The notes below the pieces were generated by a model. That model was not told where the DNA came from, ran no database searches, and worked only from the letters and a program-made list of their open reading frames with translations. From contig MRSU01010363.1 of NCBI GenBank assembly GCA_008369845.1, forward strand, positions 1 to 35,957: a stretch of DNA of 35,957 bases, read 5' to 3'. This document shows positions 10,428 to 20,990 of this stretch, piece by piece; the first letter of the stretch is position 1; each line of letters starts with the position of its first letter. Source of the stretch: Trichomonas gallinae. Taxonomy: Eukaryota. A program made the translations under genes and the position numbers.

Positions 10428-11669
10428 ATGTGGCAGTGGTTCAATCAACCACAACAAAAAACAAACACTCCAGCATACTTCCAAGATATTGTACAAGCGA
10501 CAATTAATGGAAAAATCGATGAATTACAGACAGCTTTCGAAAATGAAAAAAATCCTTCGATATTTTTAAGTTCAACTTTCTCTTTTGCAGCACCAGCTCG
10601 TTTGTCGCGTAACAGTAAAGAAATAGTTCCATGTAAAGGCGTTTCTTTGCTCCATATCGCGGCATATTACGATAATTTAGAATCATTTTTATTTTTGCTT
10701 GAGAAAGGCATAAATCTTAGAATAACTTCTGAAGCAGGATACTACCCAATTCACTATGCGTGTGTCGGTGATGCAAGAGAAATAGTTTCATTTATCCTGA
10801 AAAAAGATCCGGATCAGGCGAAGCTTGAATTGGATGTTACATATCCACTTATTAACTTAGCAATTTATGCAAACAGTCCCGAAATCCTCAAAAAACTATT
10901 CAAAAATGGAGCTGATCTTCAATCTCCGAAAAATATCGCGGCAAAACCATTCGATCAAGTTTTACGTTCAAAGAACTTTGATTGCTTACTCATCCTTCTT
11001 GAAGGACGTTGTAAAACAGATGTTACTGTCGCAGGATTAAATCCATTGATGCTTGCAATTGTCAATGGTATGAACGAAGCCATCGAGAACCTCATAGATA
11101 AGGGTATACCTTTGAATTACGTCAACGAAAATGGTGATACTGCATTAAGTTGCGCATGCACAATGGAAAATGTCGAAGTTGTCAAGCTTTTGTGCAAGAG
11201 GATGAGCAATATCGATATCAACACAACAATTGGACCAAAGACATCAATTGCTTACTACGCAGTACGTTCAGGAAATATCGAGATTTTGAAGACAGTCCTT
11301 GAAAAGAACTGTTTGCTCCAGCATTTCGACGCAAAAGGAAAACTACCTGTCCACGCACTCCCTGTCATCAGCAACCAAGATGTTGCCATACAAATGCTCA
11401 AGTTAATTATTGAACATGGTTTTGATGTCAATATTAGACGCAATTCTGAATCATTCAGATTTTTGGAGGATTTGGTCATCAACTTCACAATCAATGACTG
11501 CAGTGGACTCATAGAAACCCTTCTCCAGTATAAGGCTAATCCAACACTGCCAATGTCGAACGGAAAAACGCTGTTAACATTAGTCGCAGGATTCAAAGGC
11601 TCCACTAATCCAAGAGAGAAGAAATACTACCACATCTTCAAGAGATTCTATCCAAATGAACTACAGTAA
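10428..11669 (+). CDS. Ankyrin repeat protein, 413 aa
   Basis: Several ankyrin repeats: GVSLLHIAAYYDN, GYYPIHYACVGD, GLNPLMLAIVNG, GDTALSCACTMEN, GKLPVHAL. Confidence 0.93.
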   Translation: MWQWFNQPQQKTNTPAYFQDIVQATINGKIDELQTAFENEKNPSIFLSSTFSFAAPARLSRNSKEIVPCKGVSLLHIAAYYDNLESFLFLLEKGINLRITSEAGYYPIHYACVGDAREIVSFILKKDPDQAKLELDVTYPLINLAIYANSPEILKKLFKNGADLQSPKNIAAKPFDQVLRSKNFDCLLILLEGRCKTDVTVAGLNPLMLAIVNGMNEAIENLIDKGIPLNYVNENGDTALSCACTMENVEVVKLLCKRMSNIDINTTIGPKTSIAYYAVRSGNIEILKTVLEKNCLLQHFDAKGKLPVHALPVISNQDVAIQMLKLIIEHGFDVNIRRNSESFRFLEDLVINFTINDCSGLIETLLQYKANPTLPMSNGKTLLTLVAGFKGSTNPREKKYYHIFKRFYPNELQ

Positions 11670-12395
11670 CTGTTTATTTTATATAACATAATGTTTGCAT
11701 ATATAAAACACTCTATATTTTTTTGTAATTCAATTTTTTTTATATTCATATTTTGAAGCATTTATTAATGCTTCCAAATCAATAATTCACAAATTTTCAT
11801 TATTCAATGCTTTTCATAACTAAAAAATGCAGCAAATCAATTTGGATATATTCTAGCATTCATTGGTTAATATTACTGTTGTGGATCATTAATGCAAGCT
11901 TCATCTTTCTTTCTAAAAAATATTATTCTTTCCATTTTATTTTTTGTAGTCATTTTGTTAAGCATTCATGAAAGCTTCCTATCCTCAAATGCACAAACTT
12001 TGGAATTATTGTTATTTGTGATATATCTAATGAACTCCATCTGAGTGATGGATTTGCAATCAATAATAATTTTAAGCATTTCTGATATCAAGCTGTATAA
12101 TAAGAAAGTGTATTATTATATTATGAATTAACTTTAGAACATGATGCATTAAAAATTGTCTTTGTGCGGAAAACTTTTGTACACTTGCTGAAGAATTACT
12201 AATGAAAAGAATTTACGATGAATTATTTATCCCCTGAATAATTTTTAAGCCCCTAAAATATTTTAAATCTTCGTAATATTTATGATTTGATATGAGTAAT
12301 ATATGTAAATGCGATTTTTATTAAAATCTAACAAAAATAATTTTTGATTTGGCGCCGATTATGTTTTGAATACATTTATTCGTTAGTTATCATAA

Positions 12396-12794
12396 ATGCA
12401 GCAAGCACCAACACTTAAAGGAAATTGGTACGAAGAGCGCTATTATGACGCTGATACAAGAAAGAACATCCTCGAGCCACGTGTTCGCCCGAAGAATGAC
12501 GAAGTAGAAAACATCCCAAGAATCACTCGCCAAAATAAACCAGACGCAGACGTTTATTCTTACGACGCTGATACACCAGACCGCTGGATCACCGATAAAA
12601 TGGCCTCCTACACAGTCCATCGCAATCACGAAATGACATTAACAGAGCGCCGCATGAACGCCAGCCCAGAGTACATGGCTGCAATTTTGAGCTGCGAGTC
12701 ACCAAGGTACTTGCCAAACTACAGCTTGAAGCCAATTACACCAGAAGAACAATTCACAACAACAAATATGGAGGCTTTCAAACGCTACATCTAA
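12396..12794 (+). CDS. Small flagellar/axonemal protein with an N-terminal GNWxEE motif (CFAP68/CFAP107-like microtubule inner protein), 132 aa
   Basis: TLKGNWYEER at the N-terminus and C-terminal FTTTNMEAF. Strong C-ending codon bias; Inr TCATAA directly before the ATG. Confidence 0.65.
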   Translation: MQQAPTLKGNWYEERYYDADTRKNILEPRVRPKNDEVENIPRITRQNKPDADVYSYDADTPDRWITDKMASYTVHRNHEMTLTERRMNASPEYMAAILSCESPRYLPNYSLKPITPEEQFTTTNMEAFKRYI

Positions 12795-13054
12795 TCATGA
12801 ACTTCATTTCCTACTCATCTTTTTGTTAATTTTACATTTGCAAATATAACTACCTTGATAAAAATTTGATTATATTTATATTTTTTTCTCGACGCATCCC
12901 GTCTTTATTCGAATCACATAGAAAGAATATGAATATTCCAAACCATAAAGCATTTTCATTACTTAAATATAATTTGAATCAACAAGATTTGTTATTTTTC
13001 ATTTTTTATTTCTAGTAAAAACACGTTGTAAGACATAAGAAAAATATATTCCTA

Positions 13055-13755
13055 ATGAAAAATGTCATTTTTTTATTGTTGCAACATAAGATTCTTCTCG
13101 GATTCAATTTTTTTCAAAAGTTCAAAGACGGCAACATTTATATCTCGCTAGACACACACATATATGATATTACAAATGGATTTAATACTTAAAATAAAGA
13201 TTTTTAATCAAAATCTCAAAAATATTATTACTACAACTTAAATCGATTATACTCATTCGAAATTAAATATCTTCCGATGGTTGCAGCGTTATTAACTTCT
13301 CAACATTCAAAAATAACTATGCCCATGGATATTTTTGTCTATTTCATTGCTCTCTCAAGTCTCACGACTTCCTCTGCAACATTGTAAACAATACCCAAAT
13401 AGATGCACATTATGGTTGTATTTATTTCCTGAAGGAGTTCTTATTGTCGAAAACTGCACAGTTCTTGGCGAATACGGAAACGGAAAACCATTTGCAACAG
13501 AATATGAAGATTCAAAACTTACAATCTTATTTTGCAATTTAGATAAATTAGAAGTTAACAATCAAAATGGAGAAACATACACAGCATCAAATAACTTTTT
13601 TAGGAATGAATTAAAATCACATTTCAACACGAGAATGCTACGCAATAAATGACATTAAAAATGCAAAGAATCAACCAAAAGAAGACAAAATTTATTGTAT
13701 AGTCGAATTGAAAGAAGAAACATTGGTTTCGAAATCAAATAGAAATAGGGCGTGA
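13055..13755 (+). pseudogene. Decayed member of a Cys/Asn-rich trichomonad surface-type family
   Basis: Protein-like segments in different frames: MKNVIFLLL...DGNIYIS (ends in a stop); SDGCSVINFSTFKNNYAHGYFCLFH...CNIVNNTQIDAHYGCIYF; then, after a frameshift near 13428, PEGVLIVENCTVLGEYGNGKPFA...SHFNTR. Confidence 0.6.
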
Positions 13756-14044
13756 AAAAATAAATCTAAATTTAAGCAGATAATATTTTGCCTCATAGAT
13801 GTTATTGTTAATCAAAACTGAGTCATCAATAATTTAGCTCATATTAATGGAGATGTAATAATACCTATAGAATACACTAGTAAGTTGATTTATATATGTA
13901 CAAAATGAATATAGAAGAGAAATTCTAAATAATTAAATTGATTGAGAATTATATATATTTGGATAAGATATATGAGTCTATTGATACATATAATAATCTT
14001 TTATAAATATAAATAAATCATTTCATTGTTTGTATTCCAGGTAG

Positions 14045-15406
14045 ATGCAACCAGATGAAAATGTTGCATTTTATGGAAGACATTTGGAGAATGAATTTAA
14101 TCCATTTGAGAGATATACCTTTAATTCACTGCCATTTTGCAAAAATAAGACGATTATTATCGAATCCAATATTTACCCAAAGCAAAAACTAACAAAAATA
14201 CCATTTAACATTCGTTTTAAGCGCAATGAAGAGTTTCAAGTTGCTTGTTCGCTCAAAATTTCACCAAAAAGATTTCGAACATTAAATTCATTGGTTTCGA
14301 ACAATATATGGATGAATTTAATGATGAGAAACATCACATCATACTCAAAAATCGGTTTTTACGAATTTAATACTGAAAATGAATACATTCCATATATTTT
14401 TTCTCATTTTCATTTTGATGTTGCTCATGCAAATGGTGAAGTAATGTATTACAACCTAACATCATCCCATCCAAAAGAATTAATCGAAAACTCAACAATT
14501 AATTATACTTATTCAGTAAAATGGAAACCAATGACTGAAAAACTACATGATCCGTTCTTTAAGAATATTTATCGTGTAATATCATTAATTGCAGTCTTAT
14601 TGATTCTATTATCAGCGTATTTGGTCCATAATAAATTGAAAATGCATGTTCATGAGTTTATCAGTTGTGATCATGATAATCTGTTTATCATATCAGTCAG
14701 TGGTACAACGATGATGTTAAATTTTGTATTCACGTTTATATATTTAACTTATATTTCTGCTCAAGCATTTTCAAGGTTTGATTTGTTGCCTTTTACTTTA
14801 GTCGCATCATACATATCAGGAAATATGTTAACAGAAAGATTTGCAAGAAATCCGTTGACATCTTTCATTTCCATGCTAATTCCACCATTTATCTTTGTAA
14901 TTTTCGACAGTTTATCAGGTTTAGGTTTTAGTGAATATTCATCGTTCTACATGCTTTATTTCATTCTACATCTTGGACATTTTAAGAAAGTCACGAAAAA
15001 AGACTTTGAAAAGCCCAAAAAGAAAATTTCATTATATCATGCGATAATTGGATCATTAGTAATATCAATTGTGTGTTTTGCTTCGATTTTATCTGAATCA
15101 TATTATTTTGAAGCGTCTTTCATGAAAAGGAAGAATTTCGAGTATTGGTCTTTCCAGGCCTTATCTTTGGGCTGCTTATTTACCGTTTCTTACTTAATTT
15201 CATTCTCAATAACTGCAATTATCCCGTTTTCTCGAGATCCAGATCCATTATGCTTACTAGTGTTTATAGAAATGTTCACTTGGATGTTTGGATACTTAGG
15301 ATTTTTATTTGGCTTCAATAGTTTGTCGATAATTATATCTATTGTAATTTCACTAATTACAACATCAGGAACTATACTAGGCATACACAATATACGTGGA
15401 AAATAG
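14045..15406 (+). CDS. TM9SF: Divergent, shortened TM9SF/Emp70 (nonaspanin) family protein, 453 aa
   Basis: Luminal motifs NPFERYTFNSLPFC, FNIRFKRN...C, YIFSHFHFDV...NGEV and INYTYSVKWKP, followed by a multi-pass hydrophobic region. Inr-like TCATTT at 14018. Confidence 0.8.
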   Translation: MQPDENVAFYGRHLENEFNPFERYTFNSLPFCKNKTIIIESNIYPKQKLTKIPFNIRFKRNEEFQVACSLKISPKRFRTLNSLVSNNIWMNLMMRNITSYSKIGFYEFNTENEYIPYIFSHFHFDVAHANGEVMYYNLTSSHPKELIENSTINYTYSVKWKPMTEKLHDPFFKNIYRVISLIAVLLILLSAYLVHNKLKMHVHEFISCDHDNLFIISVSGTTMMLNFVFTFIYLTYISAQAFSRFDLLPFTLVASYISGNMLTERFARNPLTSFISMLIPPFIFVIFDSLSGLGFSEYSSFYMLYFILHLGHFKKVTKKDFEKPKKKISLYHAIIGSLVISIVCFASILSESYYFEASFMKRKNFEYWSFQALSLGCLFTVSYLISFSITAIIPFSRDPDPLCLLVFIEMFTWMFGYLGFLFGFNSLSIIISIVISLITTSGTILGIHNIRGK

Positions 15407-15456
15407 ATTAACAATTACAAATATACTGAAAACAAACAGAATTTATTAACACATTA

Positions 15457-16044
15457 TTAACAACACTTACTAGTACTAGAATGCTCGGAACCTGCGAGGG
15501 AATAACAGTTAGAATCCTCACGCAAGCTGATATGGTTATTTTTAACAAGAGTTGCGACTTCTTTAAATAACAAGTCGACATTTTCGCCTGATTTGGCAGA
15601 TGTAAATATGCAGGACATCCTATTCTTTTCAGCCCACATCATTAACTGCGACTCATCGAGCTCTGGGACCAAATCTTTTTTATTTCCAGCCAGGACAACA
15701 GAGACATCTGACGGCAGAATATCTTTGATGTGATCAAAAAGAGTATTGAGATTCGAAATTACTTCTTTTTGCGATAAATCAACGACAATAATGCATGCTT
15801 GTGCAGATCTTAAGTACAAAGGTATCAAACTTTGAAATCTCTCTTGTCCGGCAGTGTCCCAGATGTTCAAACATACAGGCGTATTTTGTACTGTGATGTT
15901 TACTTTGACGTAGGCGGCGCCAATCGTTGTAGCTGTGCCCTCATTGAATACTCCTTCGGAAAAACGCTTAACGAGGGACGTCTTGCCGACGCCCTGCTCG
16001 CCAACAGTGACGACTTTGTATTCTGTTATCTCGTTTACGTCCAT
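15457..16044 (-). CDS. Rab family small GTPase, 195 aa
   Basis: GEQGVGKT P-loop, TIGAAY effector region, WDTAGQERF, NKKD, TSAK and a C-terminal CC prenylation site. ATG at 16044; the track start is TTG. Confidence 0.95.
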   Translation of the reverse strand: MDVNEITEYKVVTVGEQGVGKTSLVKRFSEGVFNEGTATTIGAAYVKVNITVQNTPVCLNIWDTAGQERFQSLIPLYLRSAQACIIVVDLSQKEVISNLNTLFDHIKDILPSDVSVVLAGNKKDLVPELDESQLMMWAEKNRMSCIFTSAKSGENVDLLFKEVATLVKNNHISLREDSNCYSLAGSEHSSTSKCC

Positions 16045-16573
16045 CAAAATCTAAAATTTTGGCTTTTATCGTCAATTTTATTTATACAATATGGTTTTTA
16101 TCCCCCAACAATTTTGTTTACTAACTATAAACGATGACTTTACGTGTCAGAATTCATATTATTTCATTTATTTTAGAATTTGATTATCTCTTGAACTAAA
16201 CCTTACATATACTCTTTACCTTCTACATATTACAAATCATTATGCCAAATTATAAATTCATCATTTATATCTAAATCAATATTTAACCTTATTTTGTGTC
16301 AAAAACCTTGAAATTTAACCTTATATTTTCCCAAAATCATATTAATGAATTCGCTATTATATCAATTGGAAGAATGTAATTATTTTTACATATTATTGCT
16401 AATAGTTTATATAATATACTGTAGCAGGCTTATTAATGTTTGTATATAATGCAGATCATTATAGAAAATAGGGAGTAAGAAATGGAAAGTTTACATTTTG
16501 TCATGTAAAATATTTTAAATAAGGTTAACGACAAAATTCTATATTTGCAATGTAAATTATCAAAATAAGGTTA

Positions 16574-17218
16574 ATGATAAAAATTTCCGAAATGAATTGG
16601 ATTTGGTTGCTTTCTCTTCTGCTTTCAATTGGATCAGATATATCAGCACTATTCATGATATCATCCATTAGAGCGTGGCAGAATGCAACGAGTTTATCGA
16701 ATTTCGATAGATCAATCGAATTTATCAACTATATTTCTTTAATTACTTCATTAATAACAACAATTATTACATATTTCTTCTTTAAGCACAATGCAGATCT
16801 AATATTCTTCTTATTTGCTTATCTAATCGTTTTAACAAGTATTGGCGAATTTTATTTCGGCTTCTTTCTCTGGTATGATCAGAAAGGTTACATTGCTACA
16901 CTATTTGATAAATGGGAGAAGTCTATAAATAAGTCATTTCTACAAAAAATTCAAAACAAATATCAATGCTGCGGTTTTCATAGATTTAACCAATTCGAAA
17001 ATGATTTTTGCAATGCATCAACCACTCCTTGCCTAAATGCAATGACAGATGCAACAAAAGATTCTGCTTCGTTAATTGGATTAGCAATTATATATCACGC
17101 TATTGTACATGGAATGACATACATATTTCTCAGATATTCCTTGCAATTTGAACCAGAAATGCAACAAATCAAAAACGCACAAGATGAAGAAAAGCAACAG
17201 CTACTCGCACATAGTTAA
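16574..17218 (+). CDS. Tetraspanin-like 4-TM protein (start 16574 or 16592)
   Basis: Three N-terminal TM segments, a large loop with QNKYQCCGF and two further Cys (FC...PC), a fourth TM, and a short tail ending EEKQQLLAHS. Confidence 0.8.
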   Translation: MIKISEMNWIWLLSLLLSIGSDISALFMISSIRAWQNATSLSNFDRSIEFINYISLITSLITTIITYFFFKHNADLIFFLFAYLIVLTSIGEFYFGFFLWYDQKGYIATLFDKWEKSINKSFLQKIQNKYQCCGFHRFNQFENDFCNASTTPCLNAMTDATKDSASLIGLAIIYHAIVHGMTYIFLRYSLQFEPEMQQIKNAQDEEKQQLLAHS

Positions 17219-17630
17219 TTCAATACTATACGTACAAATGATATATTAATACATTTGCAATTAGTTATATCAACGTAAGTTATTTAAATTGAAAATATGC
17301 AAAACTGAAGAATAGAATACATCAAAGCCATCATACATTATACTATTATCGAGTATTTTTACTCATACACAATACTCAGCTTTAAAATAATTCTTTTCGA
17401 ATTTGAATTTAGGTGATTCTATGAAATTATATAATAAAATCTCTGTTTAATATCGTAATTTCTTTATCTATTTTCCAATTAATGTATGAAGGCTTTGATT
17501 AGATGTTTTCCATATGAATGATGTTACGATCATTTTTTTGTTTTTGACATGTAAATTTTTCGAACAAAAAGAAACAATTTTATTGAGATTGTAAATTAGG
17601 AAATAAATATAATTTTCTCAACAGTTTAAG

Positions 17631-17783
17631 ATCAACGATAGAAAAAGTGCTAAAAATAACGATCAGTTTCCATTTATGACATGTAAAAATTTACATGAAG
17701 TATTTGAGAAAATAATTATATATATTGTAATAAATCCAATTTTCAATTTTTGTCTCTAATCAAAATCAACGATAGAAAAAGTG
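17631..17783. repeat. 19-bp perfect direct repeat in the tetraspanin-AP1G intergenic region
   Basis: ATCAACGATAGAAAAAGTG at 17631-17649 and 17765-17783, with similar flanking continuation. Confidence 0.75.
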
Positions 17784-18216
17784 TTCAAATAAACGAGTAT
17801 TCGTTTATAGCATTGTCTACAGATTTGCATTGTAAGGATATAAATTTATCCGATACGTTACAAAACGTGACAATCACATCTACCAAAAAATCGACTTTTT
17901 CTCCCAATTTTATTAATCCACCGCTTCTATAACTTAATCTATATATAATTTGGATCATTTCCAATATAATGATATAGATAAAACAATTTTTCGATTATGA
18001 TTTATTGAGATATAAAATATATTCCGAAAAAACTAATAAATTTGATTGCTGATGATATGTAGACTATTAAAAATAATAAAAATGAAAAATTAGAAACAAA
18101 AATCTAAAATTTGATAAAAATTAGTATATTGGATTGTTAATGATATATAGGTTAGTAAAAAATTAAAAAAACAAAAATTAAAAAAACAATTTTTTTTTTG
18201 AACGATATATAAAATA

Positions 18217-20514
18217 ATGACAGCGAGGCTTGATGAATTTATTATACAGGTTCTAAATGCAGCCACTTTCGATGAGCAGAAGATCACTATAGCCAATGAG
18301 CTTGCTCATATGCGTACATTCATTAAAGAATGCGATACAAAATACAAACCATCTCTTATAGCAAAAATTATGTTCTTATCAATGCGTGGTGATAACACGC
18401 AGTGGGCGAACATTGAAATAGCGAACTTAATGGCAAATGACCGCCCATCATACAAAAGAATCGCGTATTTAGCAGCAATTAACTGTTTTGAGAATGAAAA
18501 CGACCTCATGGTCCTTATAACACATACAATGGCGAAGGATCTCAAGAATCCAAACCCTTTAATCCAAATGTTGCCATTAACGCTTTTGGCGCAGATAGGA
18601 ACAGCTGATATGTGCAGAGAATTATCGTCTCATATTATAGATCTCCTACAAACAAACAACCAACATATTATTAAGCGTGTTTGCGCCGCAATGCATCATT
18701 CAGTGCAATTAGTTCCTGATTTATCAGAAAGATTCAGACCATATGTACACAAACTTCTCAGTAGCTCGTACCACTGCGTTGTTTGCGCTACTATCGATTT
18801 GGCAATCGATTTAATGAAAATTAATCCAGGTTTGGTTAAAGCCTGGCAACAATTCTCAGGTCCATTCACAAAAATCATCAGAACACTCTACGAAACTAAG
18901 CCAATTAAGGAGTTTGACTTCTTCCATTTTAATGATCCATTTTTACTTACGAAAATTCTTAAGATTTTATCGTATTTAGGCACACAGACAGATGAGCTTG
19001 ATGATCTTCTGTCGACAATTGTCACTGGCGTCGATGTTAGACGTAATACAGGCAGAACAATTTTATTCCAAGCGATTCAGACAATCAAAGTCTGCGCAAA
19101 GAAGCCATCACTCAGATCCCTCGCATACAACCAGATTGGACGTTTGTTCTCCTTCAAGGATGCAAATGTTTTATATTCGGCATTAAGCACATTCTCTCGC
19201 GTTCTCTATGGCACAGGATCCATCGACAGATCTAATGCCGATAGTGTTGTCCTCCAGAGATATAAGTCACAAGTCGTTCAATGCTTGAGTCATCGCGATC
19301 CATCAATCAGAAGGAGAGCTTTAGACGTCATTGTCGCTTTAGTTGACGCAAACAACGTCGAAACACTCATCCCAGAAGTCATGAGCTACCTTCCAATGGC
19401 AAACGCTGAGTTCAGAACAGAACTCGTCGCCAAACTATTCACAAGCATCACAAGATTCGCACCAAACGAAAACTGGAAATTCGAGACCGTTCGTCAGCTA
19501 ATTATCGAAAGCGGCGCGTATGTCGGCGCAGATGTTATCACTTCTTTCTGCAAGACAATTGTTACAAGCGATACTATCAGAGACATCGCAATTGTTGAGC
19601 TTGCGAAGGATCTTGCCGAAAACAGCGAAAACCAGGCCTTGATTCAGGTTGGCGCTTATTGCTGCGGCGAATATGCTGAAGACGCATCAATTATACAGAC
19701 ACTTACGAAGATCATGACAATGCCACAGACAACAATCGAAACAAACTGCTATGTTTTAGTAGCAATTGCAAAACTTGGCGAAAAGCTCGGTTTGATTGAT
19801 GAAGCAATCCAAGCTATTTCTACTTTCGCCAATAACAACAATCTCGAGCTCCAGCAAAGATCTGGAGAGCTTATCAGAATCTTGAGAAACGGAAAACTCT
19901 GCGGACCACTTCTTGCACCAGCTGATTATGACGGCTCTGTTTCAAGCGTCAAGCAACCAGTCGAAGAAGTCGATTTACTCGGAACATTGTCTCAGCAGCA
20001 GAAATCACAGCCACAGAAACAACAACCGAAACAGGCAGACCCTGTTGCAGATTTACTCGGCTTATCTGCTTCTCCAGTTACTGTCGCTCCACAGAATCCA
20101 GTTACAGTTGCCCCAAAACAGCAGTCTGTACAAGCTGCTCCTAAGCCAACTGTCACTCAGCCTCCAGGAACAGTTTTGGCTCTTAAGACAGCCGATTATG
20201 TCATATACTTCGAATTGAGAAAGAACGCAGCTAATCCTAACCAGCTCGCCATCCGCTCTCATATGTTCAATCTTACAGGCACAGCATTGAGCAAGTTCAA
20301 GATCCAGTACCAGATTCCAAACAACTTCATCTTCCAGATCCAGAATCCATCAGCCGAAGACCTTCCACCAATCGGAGGACCAGCTGTCACACAGGTCATC
20401 TTGTTGCAGGCGAAGACACCAGGACCGCTCATGATGAAGACACAAGCTACATACTTATTCGGATCACAGCCACTCCAGGACAACGGAGTCATCGAAAGCA
20501 GCGTTTTCGCATAA
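18217..20514 (+). CDS. AP1G: AP-1 complex gamma-adaptin, 765 aa
   Basis: Adaptin N-terminal trunk (KRIAYLA, LITHTMAKDL, NDPFLLTKILKIL, DPSIRRRALD, ELQQRSGE), a Q/P-rich hinge with DLLG motifs, and a gamma-ear appendage. Confidence 0.92.
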   Translation: MTARLDEFIIQVLNAATFDEQKITIANELAHMRTFIKECDTKYKPSLIAKIMFLSMRGDNTQWANIEIANLMANDRPSYKRIAYLAAINCFENENDLMVLITHTMAKDLKNPNPLIQMLPLTLLAQIGTADMCRELSSHIIDLLQTNNQHIIKRVCAAMHHSVQLVPDLSERFRPYVHKLLSSSYHCVVCATIDLAIDLMKINPGLVKAWQQFSGPFTKIIRTLYETKPIKEFDFFHFNDPFLLTKILKILSYLGTQTDELDDLLSTIVTGVDVRRNTGRTILFQAIQTIKVCAKKPSLRSLAYNQIGRLFSFKDANVLYSALSTFSRVLYGTGSIDRSNADSVVLQRYKSQVVQCLSHRDPSIRRRALDVIVALVDANNVETLIPEVMSYLPMANAEFRTELVAKLFTSITRFAPNENWKFETVRQLIIESGAYVGADVITSFCKTIVTSDTIRDIAIVELAKDLAENSENQALIQVGAYCCGEYAEDASIIQTLTKIMTMPQTTIETNCYVLVAIAKLGEKLGLIDEAIQAISTFANNNNLELQQRSGELIRILRNGKLCGPLLAPADYDGSVSSVKQPVEEVDLLGTLSQQQKSQPQKQQPKQADPVADLLGLSASPVTVAPQNPVTVAPKQQSVQAAPKPTVTQPPGTVLALKTADYVIYFELRKNAANPNQLAIRSHMFNLTGTALSKFKIQYQIPNNFIFQIQNPSAEDLPPIGGPAVTQVILLQAKTPGPLMMKTQATYLFGSQPLQDNGVIESSVFA

Positions 20515-20990
20515 CTTATTTTATTTTTTTTATTGTACCATAGAATTATTTTAAAAAACCAAATCTATTTATGGAATTAATAAAGCACATCTTTCACTTT
20601 CAACATAGAATCTAATCTAATTTTCCTATACTAATTCACTCATTATCATGATAAAATCTTGTAAAGATAGTTGAATCAACATCTATCATCAATTGTAATC
20701 AACTTATGGTATTGTTATCTCATCTGTTATCATCATCATCTTACATTCATTCTAAGAATGAAAAACTGCTTTTGCAATTGATCAAGTTAAAAAAAAATTA
20801 ATCTTTGTTGAGTTGCTGCAAACTGTTGATATGATTATAAATTGATAATGATGAGCTCTTCATTTCAATGTATATAGCTCTCATGCTCTTCGGTCTTCCT
20901 TTACATTTTATGTAAATATTCATTTCATGAGTTAGAAATAATATAATAAAACCTTTAATTATAATAAACAAACATAAAATACATATAGAA

